Shown here in pieces: positions 10,311 through 20,558 of a DNA stretch of 64,000 nt. The notes under the pieces were generated by a model that did not search any database, had not been told where the DNA came from, and saw only the letters and a program-made list of their open reading frames with translations. Origin of the DNA: Candidatus Spyradenecus sp. (GTDB taxonomy: Bacteria > Verrucomicrobiota > Verrucomicrobiia > Opitutales > UBA953); contig JAZSKX010000018.1 of the NCBI GenBank assembly GCA_045535075.1, positions 308,146 through 372,145 on the forward strand. Reading direction: 5' to 3'. Each line of letters begins with the position of its first letter. Position 1 is the first letter of the stretch. The position numbers and the translations under genes were made by a program.

Positions 10311-10616
10311 TTACCAAGAAGCTTTCGTCACGCCCGGAATTTTACCGTTCGACGCAAGCTCACGGAAGGTGATGCGGGAAAGTCCGAACTTACCGATATA
10401 AGCACGCGGACGTCCCGTGATGCTGCAACGATTGCGGAGACGAATCTTGCTGGAATTGCGAGGAAGCTTGTCCAAAGCAACCTGAGCTTTGTAAAATTCT
10501 TCGTCGCTCGTTTCAGGATTCGCAATAATAGCCTTAAGCGAAGCACGTTTTTCTGCGTACTTAGCAACGAGACGCGCACGCTTCAGATTCTTTGCAATGG
10601 AAGATTTTTTTGCCAT
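10311..10616 (-). CDS. rpsN: 30S ribosomal protein S14 (long, Zn-independent type)
   Basis: [25 protein letters not shown]; 101 aa with a single Cys. Confidence 0.98.
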   Translation of the reverse strand: MAKKSSIAKNLKRARLVAKYAEKRASLKAIIANPETSDEEFYKAQVALDKLPRNSSKIRLRNRCSITGRPRAYIGKFGLSRITFRELASNGKIPGVTKASW

Positions 10617-10630
10617 GACGTTATCCGATA

Positions 10631-11209
10631 TTAGTTGTTAGCAGCATTTTCCGTAGCACTCTTGGAGGATTTACGGAACGGCATTCCCATGAGGCGGAGG
10701 AGCTCACGTCCTTCATCGTCGGTCTTAGCCGTCGTAACAATCGTGATATCCATACCGATATTTGCACGTTGCGAACCATCACCCTGCGTTTCCGGGAAGA
10801 TCGTATGATCGGAAATACCGAGCGAATAGTTCCCGCGACCATCCAAGCGATTGGAAACCCCACGGAAGTCGCGAATCATCGGCAGCGCAATGTAAATGAG
10901 ACGTGCGAGGAATTCGTACATAGCGTCGCCTCGAAGCGTAACCATGCAACCAAGCGGCATTCCTTCACGAACACGGAAATTCGAAACGCTCTTGCGGGCA
11001 TGAGTTACCACAGGGCGCTGACCGGCAATTTTCGAAATTTCTTTAAGAATTTCAGCCTGCGCGTTCTTATCGGTGTCAGCAGCATAAGCCGAATTAATGA
11101 CAACCTTCGTAATTGCAGGAACCTGATGCGGATTGTCGATTTTGAGCGTCTTTTTGAGCTCCGGAACGACTTTCTCTGCGTAAATTTTCTTCAGAACAGG
11201 TGTATGCAT
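10631..11209 (-). CDS. rplE: 50S ribosomal protein L5
   Basis: [27 protein letters not shown]. Confidence 0.99.
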   Translation of the reverse strand: MHTPVLKKIYAEKVVPELKKTLKIDNPHQVPAITKVVINSAYAADTDKNAQAEILKEISKIAGQRPVVTHARKSVSNFRVREGMPLGCMVTLRGDAMYEFLARLIYIALPMIRDFRGVSNRLDGRGNYSLGISDHTIFPETQGDGSQRANIGMDITIVTTAKTDDEGRELLRLMGMPFRKSSKSATENAANN

Positions 11210-11230
11210 TTTCTGATTCTCTCCTGATTA

Positions 11231-11488
11231 TTATTTTGCAGCTCTCTTGGCATCATACTTCGAAGCAAGCATCACATTGGAAGCATGAATCGGAGCTTCT
11301 TTATCGATAATGCCGCCTTCAACGCCGGCTTGTTCATTTGCCTTTGTGTGGCGTTTAACAATATTGAGCCCTTCAACAACGACCGTGTTCTTCGACGGGA
11401 ACACCGCGAGAATCTTTCCGCGTTTACCTTTTTCGGAACCGGAAATAACAACGACTTCGTCGTCTTTCTTAAGATTTTGTTTTGCCAT
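11231..11488 (-). CDS. rplX: 50S ribosomal protein L24 (short form)
   Basis: KOW motif [26 protein letters not shown]. Confidence 0.97.
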   Translation of the reverse strand: MAKQNLKKDDEVVVISGSEKGKRGKILAVFPSKNTVVVEGLNIVKRHTKANEQAGVEGGIIDKEAPIHASNVMLASKYDAKRAAK

Positions 11489-11490
11489 GA

Positions 11491-11859
11491 TTAGAGCACC
11501 TCCGGTGCGAGAGAAACGATTTTCATGAATTTCTGGCGGAGTTCACGCGCCACCGGTCCAAAAATACGGGTTCCGCGCGGATTGCCGTTCCCGTCGAGAA
11601 TAACGACGGCATTCGAATCGAAGCGAAGATAGCTTCCGTCCGCACGACGAATCGGAGCTTTCGTCCGAACGACAACGGCCTTAACGACCTTACCCTTCTT
11701 GACAGCATCGGGAGCACTCGGAGTCGAATCCTTGACCGCACAAACGATAATATCGCCGACGGAAGCCGTATCGGTAATCTGCCCGAGACGACGGATCATT
11801 TCAACCTGGCGCGCGCCGGTGTTATCGGCAACGTCCAAACGCGATTTAAGTTGTACCAT
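11491..11859 (-). CDS. rplN: 50S ribosomal protein L14
   Basis: [27 protein letters not shown]. Confidence 0.99.
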   Translation of the reverse strand: MVQLKSRLDVADNTGARQVEMIRRLGQITDTASVGDIIVCAVKDSTPSAPDAVKKGKVVKAVVVRTKAPIRRADGSYLRFDSNAVVILDGNGNPRGTRIFGPVARELRQKFMKIVSLAPEVL

Positions 11860-11879
11860 AATTCTTACCTCCTGGGGAA

Positions 11880-12167
11880 TTAGACCGCGGCTTCGCCGAC
11901 AATTTTAGCAGCCTGCACGACTCCGACAACACGGAAGCGTTTCAGTTTGCTCATCGGACGCGTTTCCATGATTTCCACTTTGTCGCCGATGTTGCATTCA
12001 TTCTTCTCGTCATGAGCATGAATAACGGTCTTGCGTTTGATTTCCTTACCGAAAATCGGGTGCGGTTTCTTATAAAAATACGTGACCTTTACGCTCTTAT
12101 CGCCGGTTTTGCTAGTAACAACACCGATAAGAACTTTACGGGACGGACGTTTTTGTTCTTCAGACAT
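11880..12167 (-). CDS. rpsQ: 30S ribosomal protein S17
   Basis: [28 protein letters not shown]. Confidence 0.98.
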   Translation of the reverse strand: MSEEQKRPSRKVLIGVVTSKTGDKSVKVTYFYKKPHPIFGKEIKRKTVIHAHDEKNECNIGDKVEIMETRPMSKLKRFRVVGVVQAAKIVGEAAV

Positions 12168-12186
12168 GGTTAAATAATGTGGATGA

Positions 12187-12405
12187 TTAATTTTGCGCTA
12201 CCGACTTTTCGCCGAGAACGGTCATAATGCGAGCATTCTCGCGGCGAAGCGTGCGAATACGAGCCGGATTCTGAACCTGTCCGGTCTGCGCACGCAGACG
12301 CAAGTTCAAGAGTTCCTCACGGTTTTCGCGAAGCTTCTTGGAAAGTTCTTCCACGGAATTTTCGCGAATTTTCGCGGCAGCAGTTTGTTTGTTTTGTGCG
12401 CTCAT
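12187..12405 (-). CDS. rpmC: 50S ribosomal protein L29
   Basis: ELLNLRL...GQVQNPARIRTLRRENARIMT; position between rplP and rpsQ. Confidence 0.95.
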   Translation of the reverse strand: MSAQNKQTAAAKIRENSVEELSKKLRENREELLNLRLRAQTGQVQNPARIRTLRRENARIMTVLGEKSVAQN

Positions 12406-12459
12406 TTTTGTGTGAAAGGGCGATAAAATAGTTTTCAGTCGCAGAATGCAATACTTATT

Positions 12460-12891
12460 TTACAAGTAAAGATCCTGTTGTTCACGGCTAATGAATCGGC
12501 AGCGAATCGGAAGCTTCGTGTCTGCGAGGCGCATAGCTTCACGCGCAGCAGAAAGCGGAACGCCGGAAACTTCAAAGAGCATCGTTCCCGGACGAACGAT
12601 TGCCGCCCAGTACTCGACATTCCCTTTACCCGAGCCCATTCGGACTTCAGCCGGTTTTTGTGTAACCGGTTTATGAGGGAACACGCGCATCCACATCTTC
12701 CCTTTACGCTTCAAGCTACGGGAAATGGCGACACGAGCCGCTTCAAGTTGAGCCGCCGTCATACGGCAACGTTCCAAAGCCTGAATCCCGAATTCGCCGA
12801 AAGCGAGATCGTTGCAGGATTGAGCGGTTCCGTAAATGCGTCCTTTCTGTACCTTACGGTATTTAACGCGAGATGGTTGAATATTTGCCAT
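12460..12891 (-). CDS. rplP: 50S ribosomal protein L16
   Basis: RVFPHKPVTQKPAEVRMGSGKG. Confidence 0.99.
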   Translation of the reverse strand: MANIQPSRVKYRKVQKGRIYGTAQSCNDLAFGEFGIQALERCRMTAAQLEAARVAISRSLKRKGKMWMRVFPHKPVTQKPAEVRMGSGKGNVEYWAAIVRPGTMLFEVSGVPLSAAREAMRLADTKLPIRCRFISREQQDLYL

Positions 12892-12920
12892 TGGATTTTC
12901 CTTTCTCTATAGGAGTGGAA

Positions 12921-13550
12921 TTAGATTTCGGATTCCTTCGTGCAAATCCAGCACTTGATTCCGAGTTTTCCGTAAACCGTATTGGCTTCCGCAAATCCGT
13001 AGTCGATATTTTCACGAAGCGTGTGCAACGGAACACGACCGACGCGAGCGGATTCAACACGAGCAATTTCTGCGCCGCCAAGACGACCGGCAATGCGGAG
13101 ACGAATACCATCTGCACCCATGCTCATCGTAGCTTGAATAGCCTTCTTCATCGCACGACGGAATGCAATACGGCGTTCGAGTTGAAGAGCGATATTTTCA
13201 GCAACGAGCTGAGCCACAAGATCCGGTTTTTTAATTTCCTGGATATCAAGAATAACGTCTTTACCCGAAATCTTGGCAAGATCGTCGCGGAGCTTTTCGA
13301 GCTCTCCGCCCTTACGACCGATAACAACGCCCGGCTTCGCGGTGAAAATTTTCACGCGGATGCGAGCTCCCGCACGTTCAATCGAAATCGACGGAACGCC
13401 TGCCTGACGCAGTTTTTCGTGAAGGAACTGACGAATTTCGTAGTCGCTCTTGATGTTCGCGGGGAACGTCTTCTTATCTGCGAACCAACGAGATTCCCAG
13501 TTGCGGCGAACCGCGAGACGAAAACCGATAGGATTTGTTTTCTGACCCAT
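12921..13550 (-). CDS. rpsC: 30S ribosomal protein S3
   Basis: MGQKTNPIGFRL, GRLGGAEIAR, VPLHTLR. Confidence 0.99.
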   Translation of the reverse strand: MGQKTNPIGFRLAVRRNWESRWFADKKTFPANIKSDYEIRQFLHEKLRQAGVPSISIERAGARIRVKIFTAKPGVVIGRKGGELEKLRDDLAKISGKDVILDIQEIKKPDLVAQLVAENIALQLERRIAFRRAMKKAIQATMSMGADGIRLRIAGRLGGAEIARVESARVGRVPLHTLRENIDYGFAEANTVYGKLGIKCWICTKESEI

Positions 13551-13569
13551 AGTCTAAAATTGCGGATGG

Positions 13570-13905
13570 TTATTTTTTATCGCCGACCACAATCGTGATG
13601 TGGCTGGTGGATTTACGAATCGGATGTGCGCTACCTTTCGCCGTCGGGCGGAAGCGCTTCAGCATCGGACCTTGACCAACCGTCGCAGCAACAACAACCA
13701 AATCCTTCGCGGAAAGATTATTGTTATTTTCGGCGTTAGCAATGGCGCTGTTGAGCGTTTTGGCCAGCAAGCGGGCGGATTTGCGCGGAATAAAACGGAG
13801 AAGATCAGCCGCTTCGAGTACCGGGCGACCTTGAATTTGGCGTGCAACGTCACGCACCTTCGACGGTGTCATGCGCACAAACTTGGTAATAGCTTTAACT
13901 TCCAT
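13570..13905 (-). CDS. rplV: 50S ribosomal protein L22
   Basis: LNSAIANAENN, GPMLKRF, TSHITIVV. Confidence 0.98.
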   Translation of the reverse strand: MEVKAITKFVRMTPSKVRDVARQIQGRPVLEAADLLRFIPRKSARLLAKTLNSAIANAENNNNLSAKDLVVVAATVGQGPMLKRFRPTAKGSAHPIRKSTSHITIVVGDKK

Positions 13906-13916
13906 GTGGAACTAAG

Positions 13917-14267
13917 TTAAAAAGTAATGGTTTTGAGTTTGACCGAATCTCCGGTCAAAATCGTTTGTTTCGTATTAAGTTGTGTAATCAAAGCAACCGA
14001 ATTTTCGGCGTTTGCTTCGGCAATGATAAGCTCGGCAACGGATTCGCCGTCGCGTTCGACGACGCAAAGAGCTCCAGTGCAGAAATTCTTTTCCATTCCC
14101 GAATTGAGAAGCACTAAATCGGCGCTCGTTCCCGCAACTACTTTCTGAACCGAAGCCAGTCCCTCCGAAGAAATTTCGTAAGACAGAACCTTGGCAAAAA
14201 GCGTTCCCGCAAGCCCGATAAACATCAGGCTTGCGATAACTAAAGCAGTTGCAAAACGTGATTTCAC
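13917..14267 (-). CDS. Hypothetical exported protein inserted in the S10 operon
   Basis: 116-aa ORF with a GTG start that fills the rpsS-rplV gap (3 nt after the rpsS stop, 11 nt before rplV). N-terminal signal-peptide-like segment, then a beta-rich body with a CxxxxC pair. Confidence 0.8.
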   Translation of the reverse strand: MKSRFATALVIASLMFIGLAGTLFAKVLSYEISSEGLASVQKVVAGTSADLVLLNSGMEKNFCTGALCVVERDGESVAELIIAEANAENSVALITQLNTKQTILTGDSVKLKTITF

Positions 14268-14270
14268 GAA

Positions 14271-14546
14271 TTAGACAGCTTTCTTCGTAGGAGCCGTATG
14301 AGCCTTGAACGTGCGCGTCGGCGCAAATTCACCGAGCTTGTGGCCAACCATGTTTTCCGTCACATAAACGGGAACAAAAACTTTCCCGTTGTGAACGTTG
14401 AGGTTGAGTCCGACAAAGTCCGGCGTCACCGTGGAGCGACGCGACCAGGTTTTAATCGGCTTGTGATCTCCGGCTTTCTGTGCCGCTTGAACCTTCTCCA
14501 TGAGAGATGCTTCGACATAAAAGCCTTTTTTGATTGAACGTGCCAT
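14271..14546 (-). CDS. rpsS: 30S ribosomal protein S19
   Basis: [21 protein letters not shown]. Confidence 0.99.
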   Translation of the reverse strand: MARSIKKGFYVEASLMEKVQAAQKAGDHKPIKTWSRRSTVTPDFVGLNLNVHNGKVFVPVYVTENMVGHKLGEFAPTRTFKAHTAPTKKAV

Positions 14547-14552
14547 TGTCTA

Positions 14553-15410
14553 TTAGCCCTTCTTAACTTTGCGTCCGTTGCGACGAACAATAATATGAAC
14601 GTTCGTGGACTTGGATTTAATGCGCGTCGGGAACCCTTTCGCGAGTTGTCCCCACGGAGAAGAGAGGTGCTGGCGGCCACCGCCACCCTTGGACTTACCC
14701 TGACCCCCGCCGTTCGGGTGGTCAACCGGATTCATCACCATACCGCGAACACGCGGACGGCGTCCAAGCCAGCGATTGCGCCCTGCTTTGCCGAGCGTGC
14801 GGTTATAATGTTCGCCATTGCCGACATAACCGATGGTTGCACGGCAATCCGCGTTCAGATAACGCTGTTCTCCGGAAGGCATTTTGACGATAGCAAGATC
14901 GCCTTCGATACCGAGCAACTGAGCGGCATTACCGGCGGAACGCGCAATACGCGCCTTTTGACCGGGTTCCATCTGAATCGCATGAATAAAGGTCGCGGGA
15001 GCGATATAGCGCAGCTTGACCGTGCATCCCGGATTGAATTCTTCAACCGGATTCATCGTCGAAACAACGGTATCACCGACTTTCAAACCTTCAGGAGCAA
15101 GAATGTAAGCTTTTTCCCCATCCGTGTATTGGATGAGAGCCAAGTTTGCCGAGCGGTTAGGATCGTACTCGAGAGCGAGAACGGTCGCCGGAATTTCAAC
15201 TTTCGCACGACGGAAGTCCACCAAGCGATAGAGACGCTTGTGCCCTCCTCCGCGACGACGCGAAGTAATGCGACCGTTATTGTTACGACCGCCGGTGCGA
15301 TGCTTGGATTCAACCAAGTCTTTTTCCGGACGCTTTTTCGCGAGATCCTGCTTATTGCGAACAAGGAAACGCTGCGAAGGCGTAAGCGGACGATTAGATT
15401 TGAGTGCCAT
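14553..15410 (-). CDS. rplB: 50S ribosomal protein L2
   Basis: [19 protein letters not shown]. Confidence 0.99.
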   Translation of the reverse strand: MALKSNRPLTPSQRFLVRNKQDLAKKRPEKDLVESKHRTGGRNNNGRITSRRRGGGHKRLYRLVDFRRAKVEIPATVLALEYDPNRSANLALIQYTDGEKAYILAPEGLKVGDTVVSTMNPVEEFNPGCTVKLRYIAPATFIHAIQMEPGQKARIARSAGNAAQLLGIEGDLAIVKMPSGEQRYLNADCRATIGYVGNGEHYNRTLGKAGRNRWLGRRPRVRGMVMNPVDHPNGGGQGKSKGGGGRQHLSSPWGQLAKGFPTRIKSKSTNVHIIVRRNGRKVKKG

Positions 15411-15436
15411 ATTATATGTTCCTCTATCTTAAAACG

Positions 15437-15724
15437 TTAAATGAGTTCAATCTTGTCACCCTTTTTGAGCGTGACGATTGCTTTTTTAACATCCGGAGCC
15501 TTGATGACTTCCCCGCGCTTCGTGCGGGATTGTTTCACCTTGCCCTTGGTGTTGACAACATGAACGCGTTCGACGGTAACCTTAAAGGTCGCTTCAACCG
15601 CCTTGGCGATTTCCGGTTTCTCCGCATTCGGATAAACTTCAAAAACGTATTTGTTGGCTTCCGCGAGGGTAGCCGTCTTTTCGGAGACGAGCGGACGTTT
15701 GAGGACGCTGTATGCAGATTTCAT
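15437..15724 (-). CDS. rplW: 50S ribosomal protein L23
   Basis: PLVSEK, KYVFEV, KKAIVTLKKG. Confidence 0.98.
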   Translation of the reverse strand: MKSAYSVLKRPLVSEKTATLAEANKYVFEVYPNAEKPEIAKAVEATFKVTVERVHVVNTKGKVKQSRTKRGEVIKAPDVKKAIVTLKKGDKIELI

Positions 15725-15738
15725 AATGAATATTCTCC

Positions 15739-16359
15739 TTATTGAGCGCGTTCGATGATTTTCTGCAAACCTTGTTCGCTGACCAAAACCTGATCAAAAG
15801 CAACAAGATCCAACGCATTGAGCGTTGCGGCATCCGTAACGGAAACACGTTCGATATTGCGGATGGAAAGCACCGTATTGTCGTCCCATGCTTCAGAGAC
15901 GATGAGCATTTTTCCTTTCGGGAAAACCTTCGAGAAGACCGAAGCCATAATTTTCGTCTTCGGTTGAGCAGCTTCAAAGCGTTCAATGACGCTCAATCCG
16001 CCTTCGTTCGCCAAATCAACAAGCGCACGTGCGAATGCAAGCTTTTTCATTTTAGCATTAATCGACTTGGACCAATCGCGCGGACGCGGACCAAATACAA
16101 CACCGCCCTTGTAAAGTTGCGGAGCGCGCTTGTCGCCGTGACGAGCACCGCCCGAACCTTTTTGCGGACCTTGTTTTTTACCGGATCCGGCAACTTCGCC
16201 ATAGTCTTTCGTTTTGGCGCTTCCCTGACGAAGATTCGCCTGATAAGCGACAATCGCCTGTTTCAACGCTGCAACGCCCTTGCCTTCTTCAAGCTGCGGG
16301 AGCGCAAATTCTTTTTCAGCGCAGGAGCTTCCGTCAACTGTGTAAACTTTAAGTTTCAT
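15739..16359 (-). CDS. rplD: 50S ribosomal protein L4
   Basis: RQGSAKTK..GEVAGSGKK..QKGSGGARHG, GGVVFGPRPR. Confidence 0.98.
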   Translation of the reverse strand: MKLKVYTVDGSSCAEKEFALPQLEEGKGVAALKQAIVAYQANLRQGSAKTKDYGEVAGSGKKQGPQKGSGGARHGDKRAPQLYKGGVVFGPRPRDWSKSINAKMKKLAFARALVDLANEGGLSVIERFEAAQPKTKIMASVFSKVFPKGKMLIVSEAWDDNTVLSIRNIERVSVTDAATLNALDLVAFDQVLVSEQGLQKIIERAQ

Positions 16360-16374
16360 CGTTCAGTTCTCTCC

Positions 16375-17010
16375 TTATTTTGCTTTTTTCGCTTCACGAA
16401 CATAGACCAAATCCCCATTCGCTCCGGGAATGCTTCCCTTGATGAGAATGAGATTTTGATCTTCGACAATCTTAACGACCGTAAGATTCTGCGTCGTGCG
16501 ACGAACCTGTCCCATATGTCCCGGCATGTCTTTTCCCTTAAAGACGTGTCCCGGCGTCTGACGCATCCCGATAGAACCCGGGCGACGGTGCATCATGTGA
16601 CCATGGGAAGCCGGCTGTCCGGCTTGGTTGTGGCGCTTAACGTTACCTTGGAAGCCGCGACCTTTGGTCGTTCCGATAACGTCAACAATTTGACCTTCTT
16701 TGAAAGTCGTGACGGTAAGTACGTCTCCGACTTTATATTCGGGAGCTTTGTCGTCAAAGCGGATCTCGCTCAGCACGGAGTGCGTTTCGATTCCGGCTTT
16801 GGCAAAATGCCCTTGAACGGGCTTTGTCAAACGCTCTTTTTTCTGGGCGCCGTAGGCAATTTGTACGGCATTGTATCCGTCAGACTCAGCGGTCTTGACT
16901 TGAACAACAGGGCACGGACCCGCTTGAACCACGGTTACGGGAACGAGATTGTCGTTCCCGTCGTAGATTTGGGTCATCCCAATTTTTTTGCCAATCAGTT
17001 GTAACTTCAT
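16375..17010 (-). CDS. rplC: 50S ribosomal protein L3
   Basis: GKKIGMTQI, DGYNAVQ, KGRGFQG, MPGHMG. Confidence 0.99.
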   Translation of the reverse strand: MKLQLIGKKIGMTQIYDGNDNLVPVTVVQAGPCPVVQVKTAESDGYNAVQIAYGAQKKERLTKPVQGHFAKAGIETHSVLSEIRFDDKAPEYKVGDVLTVTTFKEGQIVDVIGTTKGRGFQGNVKRHNQAGQPASHGHMMHRRPGSIGMRQTPGHVFKGKDMPGHMGQVRRTTQNLTVVKIVEDQNLILIKGSIPGANGDLVYVREAKKAK

Positions 17011-17012
17011 TT

Positions 17013-17160
17013 TGTCTAAGAGGCAGGTGGAGGTTTAATTCCGTTTGCACAGACCTGCTTTAGGCTGCTAAATCTCGTTTATTTCGATTCTTTTACAGTC
17101 CTAAGGCTATCCGAAAACGAAAATTTTCAGTTATTGATTACGATTTAGCAGGCTTAGACA
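17013..17160 (-). promoter_or_regulatory. Structured rpsJ-rplC intercistronic RNA element (putative)
   Basis: Three inverted repeats: an outer pair 17013-17020/17153-17160 enclosing 17023-17028/17053-17058 and 17065-17074/17142-17151. Confidence 0.5.
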
Positions 17161-17462
17161 TTAATGCTAATATCAACGCCTGCGGGAAGATTCAGTTTCT
17201 TGAGTTCATCGACCGTTTGAGCAGTCGGACCGATGATATCAATCAAGCGCTTGTGTGTGCGCTGTTCAAATTGATCCATCGACTTTTTGTCAACGTGCGG
17301 CGAGCGGTTAACCGTCCAACGCTCAATAGAGGTCGGAAGCGGCACCGGGCCGGAAACGCGAGCGCCGGTGCGCTTCGCGGTTTCGACAATATCGCCGGCA
17401 GACTGATCGATTACTCGATAGTCAAAGCCTTTGAGTTTAATACGAATTTTTTGACGAGCCAT
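17154..17462 (-). CDS. rpsJ: 30S ribosomal protein S10
   Basis: [33 protein letters not shown]. Confidence 0.99.
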   Translation of the reverse strand: MARQKIRIKLKGFDYRVIDQSAGDIVETAKRTGARVSGPVPLPTSIERWTVNRSPHVDKKSMDQFEQRTHKRLIDIIGPTAQTVDELKKLNLPAGVDISINV

Positions 17463-17492
17463 AGCTGTAAAAACTGAAGTTAAATGTTAGAA

Positions 17493-19643
17493 TTACGAGC
17501 GAGCCGGAGCACGGGAAGCCGTTTCTACGATTTCCTTGAGCACATTCGCGGGAACCTGTTCAAAGTGATCCGGTTCCATCGTATAGGAAGCACGACCCTT
17601 CGAAAGCGAGCGAACGTCCGTCGCATAACCGAACATCGTCTGGAGCGGAACCATCGCATTGATGGTGCAAACACCGTTCTTGGTCTCCATGTTCTGAATC
17701 TGACCGCGACGGCGATTCAAGTCGCCCATGATATCTCCTTGGTATTCTTCCGGCGTAACGACTTCAACCTTGGTAATCGGCTCGAGGAGAATCGGAGCAG
17801 CCTTCGCCATTGCATCCTTAAGAGCAAAGATACCTGCCATTTTGAACGCCATTTCGGAGGAGTCGACTTCGTGGAACGAACCAAATACGATGCGCGCTTT
17901 GAAGTCGATGACCGGATATCCGGCAATCGTCCCGTTGTTCGCCGCTTCCTGAATCCCTTCGATCGTCGGCTTGATATATTCCTTCGGGATAACGCCACCG
18001 ACGATTTCGTTGATGACTTCAATGCCCTTGCCCGGATTCGGTTCGATTTCGATTTCGGCATGACCGTATTGACCACGACCGCCGGACTGACGAACGAACT
18101 TTCCGATACCGCGAGAATTGCCCGTGATCGTTTCACGGTAGGAAATCTGCGGACGACCGGATTTTGCTTCGACCTTAAATTCGCGACGCAGACGGTCGAC
18201 GATAATATCGAGGTGAAGCTCGCCCATTCCGGAGATAATGGTTTGCCCCGTTTCCTGGTCGGAAGAAACACGGAAAGTCGGGTCTTCCTGAGCAAGGCGT
18301 TGGAGACCGATGGAAAGTTTTTCCTGGTCAGCTTTCGTCGCAGGCTCAATCGCCATCGAGATAACCGGTTCCGGGAACGACGGCGGTTCGAGGATAATAT
18401 CTTCTTCGCGCGTGCAAAGCGTATCACCCGTTACGATTTCTTTCGGACCGATAACAGCGCAAATATCTCCGGAGTAAGCCGTATCAATTTCTTCGCGATC
18501 CATCGCCTTCATAATCATGAGGCGGGAAACACGTTCCGTCTTGCGGGTACGCGGATTGTAAAGAGCGTCACCTTTCTTAAGCGTTCCGCGATAGACGCGG
18601 AAGAAGACGAGCTGTCCGACATACGGGTCAGACCACAGCTTGAAGCAAAGTCCGATCGGCTTTGCATTATCGTCCGGTTCGACTCCGATTTCGGTTTCTC
18701 CATCGTCCTTAAACGCCTTCATCGGCGGAAGGTCGAGCGGAGACGGCAAGTAATCGACAACGCAGTCGAGAACCATCTGAACGCCTTTATTCTTGAAAGA
18801 GGAACCCGGGATAACACCGACGAATTCAAGCGAAAGCGTTGCCTTACGGATAGCGACACGAAGTTCGTCTGCGGAAATTTCTTCGCCGCCGAGATATTTT
18901 TCGGCAATCGTATCGTCAAAGTCGGAAACTGCTTCGATAAGACCTTCGCGATACTTGTCATAGTCCGCCTTCATATCTGCGGGAACATCCGTTACCGTGT
19001 AGCGCATCCCCTTCGGGTCGGAATCATCATAAACGTATGCACAGCCCTTGACGAGGTCAACAAGACCCGCAAAGGTGTCACCGGCTCCGATCGGGATGTA
19101 AAGCGGGTGTGCGTTCCCGCGAAGTTTTTCACGAATTCCGTTAACGGCATTGAAGAAATCAGCACCCGTGCGGTCCATCTTATTGATGTAAGCAATGCGC
19201 GGGACGCTGTACTTGTTCATCTGACGCCAAACGGTTTCAGATTGCGGCTGAACACCGGCAACCGCACAGAAAACGGCAACAGCTCCGTCAAGCACGCGAA
19301 GCGAGCGTTCGACTTCCGCCGTAAAGTCCACGTGACCGGGCGTGTCGATAACATTCAAGCGGTGCGGAATTTTTGCAAACGGACCGTCAGCAACCGTCCA
19401 TCCGCAGGAAACGGCAGCCGAGGTAATCGTGATACCGCGTTCCTGTTCCTGCTCCATCCAGTCGGTCGTAGCAGCGCCTTCGTGAACTTCACCCGTTTTG
19501 TGGATGACGCCCGCGTAGAAGAGAATACGTTCGGAAGTCGTGGTTTTACCGGCGTCAATGTGAGCGGCAATACCGAAGTTACGTGTGTATTCCAACGGAG
19601 CTTTGCGCCCGGAGGAGTTTTTGCTGGAAAGTGCGGCGGCCAT
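17493..19643 (-). CDS. fusA: Elongation factor G
   Basis: AHIDAGKTT, EQERGITI, DTPGHVDF, NKMD, GMGELHL. Confidence 0.99.
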   Translation of the reverse strand: MAAALSSKNSSGRKAPLEYTRNFGIAAHIDAGKTTTSERILFYAGVIHKTGEVHEGAATTDWMEQEQERGITITSAAVSCGWTVADGPFAKIPHRLNVIDTPGHVDFTAEVERSLRVLDGAVAVFCAVAGVQPQSETVWRQMNKYSVPRIAYINKMDRTGADFFNAVNGIREKLRGNAHPLYIPIGAGDTFAGLVDLVKGCAYVYDDSDPKGMRYTVTDVPADMKADYDKYREGLIEAVSDFDDTIAEKYLGGEEISADELRVAIRKATLSLEFVGVIPGSSFKNKGVQMVLDCVVDYLPSPLDLPPMKAFKDDGETEIGVEPDDNAKPIGLCFKLWSDPYVGQLVFFRVYRGTLKKGDALYNPRTRKTERVSRLMIMKAMDREEIDTAYSGDICAVIGPKEIVTGDTLCTREEDIILEPPSFPEPVISMAIEPATKADQEKLSIGLQRLAQEDPTFRVSSDQETGQTIISGMGELHLDIIVDRLRREFKVEAKSGRPQISYRETITGNSRGIGKFVRQSGGRGQYGHAEIEIEPNPGKGIEVINEIVGGVIPKEYIKPTIEGIQEAANNGTIAGYPVIDFKARIVFGSFHEVDSSEMAFKMAGIFALKDAMAKAAPILLEPITKVEVVTPEEYQGDIMGDLNRRRGQIQNMETKNGVCTINAMVPLQTMFGYATDVRSLSKGRASYTMEPDHFEQVPANVLKEIVETASRAPARS

Positions 19644-19674
19644 TGTAAATATGCTCGACTTTTTCGGTTAAAAA

Positions 19675-20154
19675 TTAGTTACCCCAGCGAAGGTGCGCGA
19701 AAGCGCGGTTCGCCTGAGCCATTTTGTGAGTTTCTTCGCGTTTTTTAACAACCGTTCCCGTGTTGTTGTACGCATCAATGAATTCGGCGGCCAACGATTC
19801 CGTCATCGGCTGCCCCTTACGCGCAGAAGCCGCATTGACGAGCCAACGGAAGGCCATGCTTGTCTGACGCTCATGGGAAATTTCAACCGGAACCTGATAG
19901 GTTGCCCCGCCGACGCGGCGGCTTTTAACTTCCAATTTCGGGCGGCAATTTTCCAATGCGCCGAGGAGAAGTTCCATCGGATCACCCTTTTCAAGTTTTT
20001 CGCTAACGCGCTCAATCGCGCCATAGACAATGCGCTGAGCAACCGTCTTTTTGCCGTTTTTCATAACGACATTGATGAGCTGGCTCACAAGCGGGCTGTT
20101 ATAACGTGCATCCGGTTGGTGCACTTTTTTCGTTGCTTTACGACGACGTGACAT
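19675..20154 (-). CDS. rpsG: 30S ribosomal protein S7
   Basis: [24 protein letters not shown]. Confidence 0.99.
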   Translation of the reverse strand: MSRRRKATKKVHQPDARYNSPLVSQLINVVMKNGKKTVAQRIVYGAIERVSEKLEKGDPMELLLGALENCRPKLEVKSRRVGGATYQVPVEISHERQTSMAFRWLVNAASARKGQPMTESLAAEFIDAYNNTGTVVKKREETHKMAQANRAFAHLRWGN

Positions 20155-20177
20155 TGCAAAAGTCTCCTATAGCTTAA

Positions 20178-20558
20178 TTATTTTCCGCCTTTCGGACGTT
20201 TAACGCCATATTTCGAGCGGCTACGACGACGTTTTTCAACGCCTGCGCAGTCGAGCGGACCGCGAACAATGTGATAACGCACACCCGGCAAGTCCTTGAC
20301 ACGGCCACCGCGAATCAAAACGACGCTGTGTTCCTGAAGCTTGTGTCCTTCGTCCGGAATATAGGAAATAACTTCCGTTCCCGTCGTAAGGCGAACTTTC
20401 GCAACTTTACGTTGAGCGGAATTCGGCTTTTTAGGCGTACGCGTCATAACCTGAATGCAGACGCCGCGTTTGAACGGCGAGCAATTCAAGGCGGGTGATT
20501 TCGACTTGATGTTGGCTTTAGCCCGCGGCTTGCGGACGAGTTGATTGATTGTTGGCAT
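20178..20558 (-). CDS. rpsL: 30S ribosomal protein S12
   Basis: [29 protein letters not shown]. Confidence 0.99.
   Translation of the reverse strand: MPTINQLVRKPRAKANIKSKSPALNCSPFKRGVCIQVMTRTPKKPNSAQRKVAKVRLTTGTEVISYIPDEGHKLQEHSVVLIRGGRVKDLPGVRYHIVRGPLDCAGVEKRRRSRSKYGVKRPKGGK

Noticed and set aside
17484..19748. 754-aa plus-strand ORF and other long antisense ORFs (15742-17004, 33757-35184, 36533-37726, 31652-32875)
   Set aside because: Shadow frames opposite well-supported genes, with no recognisable motifs.
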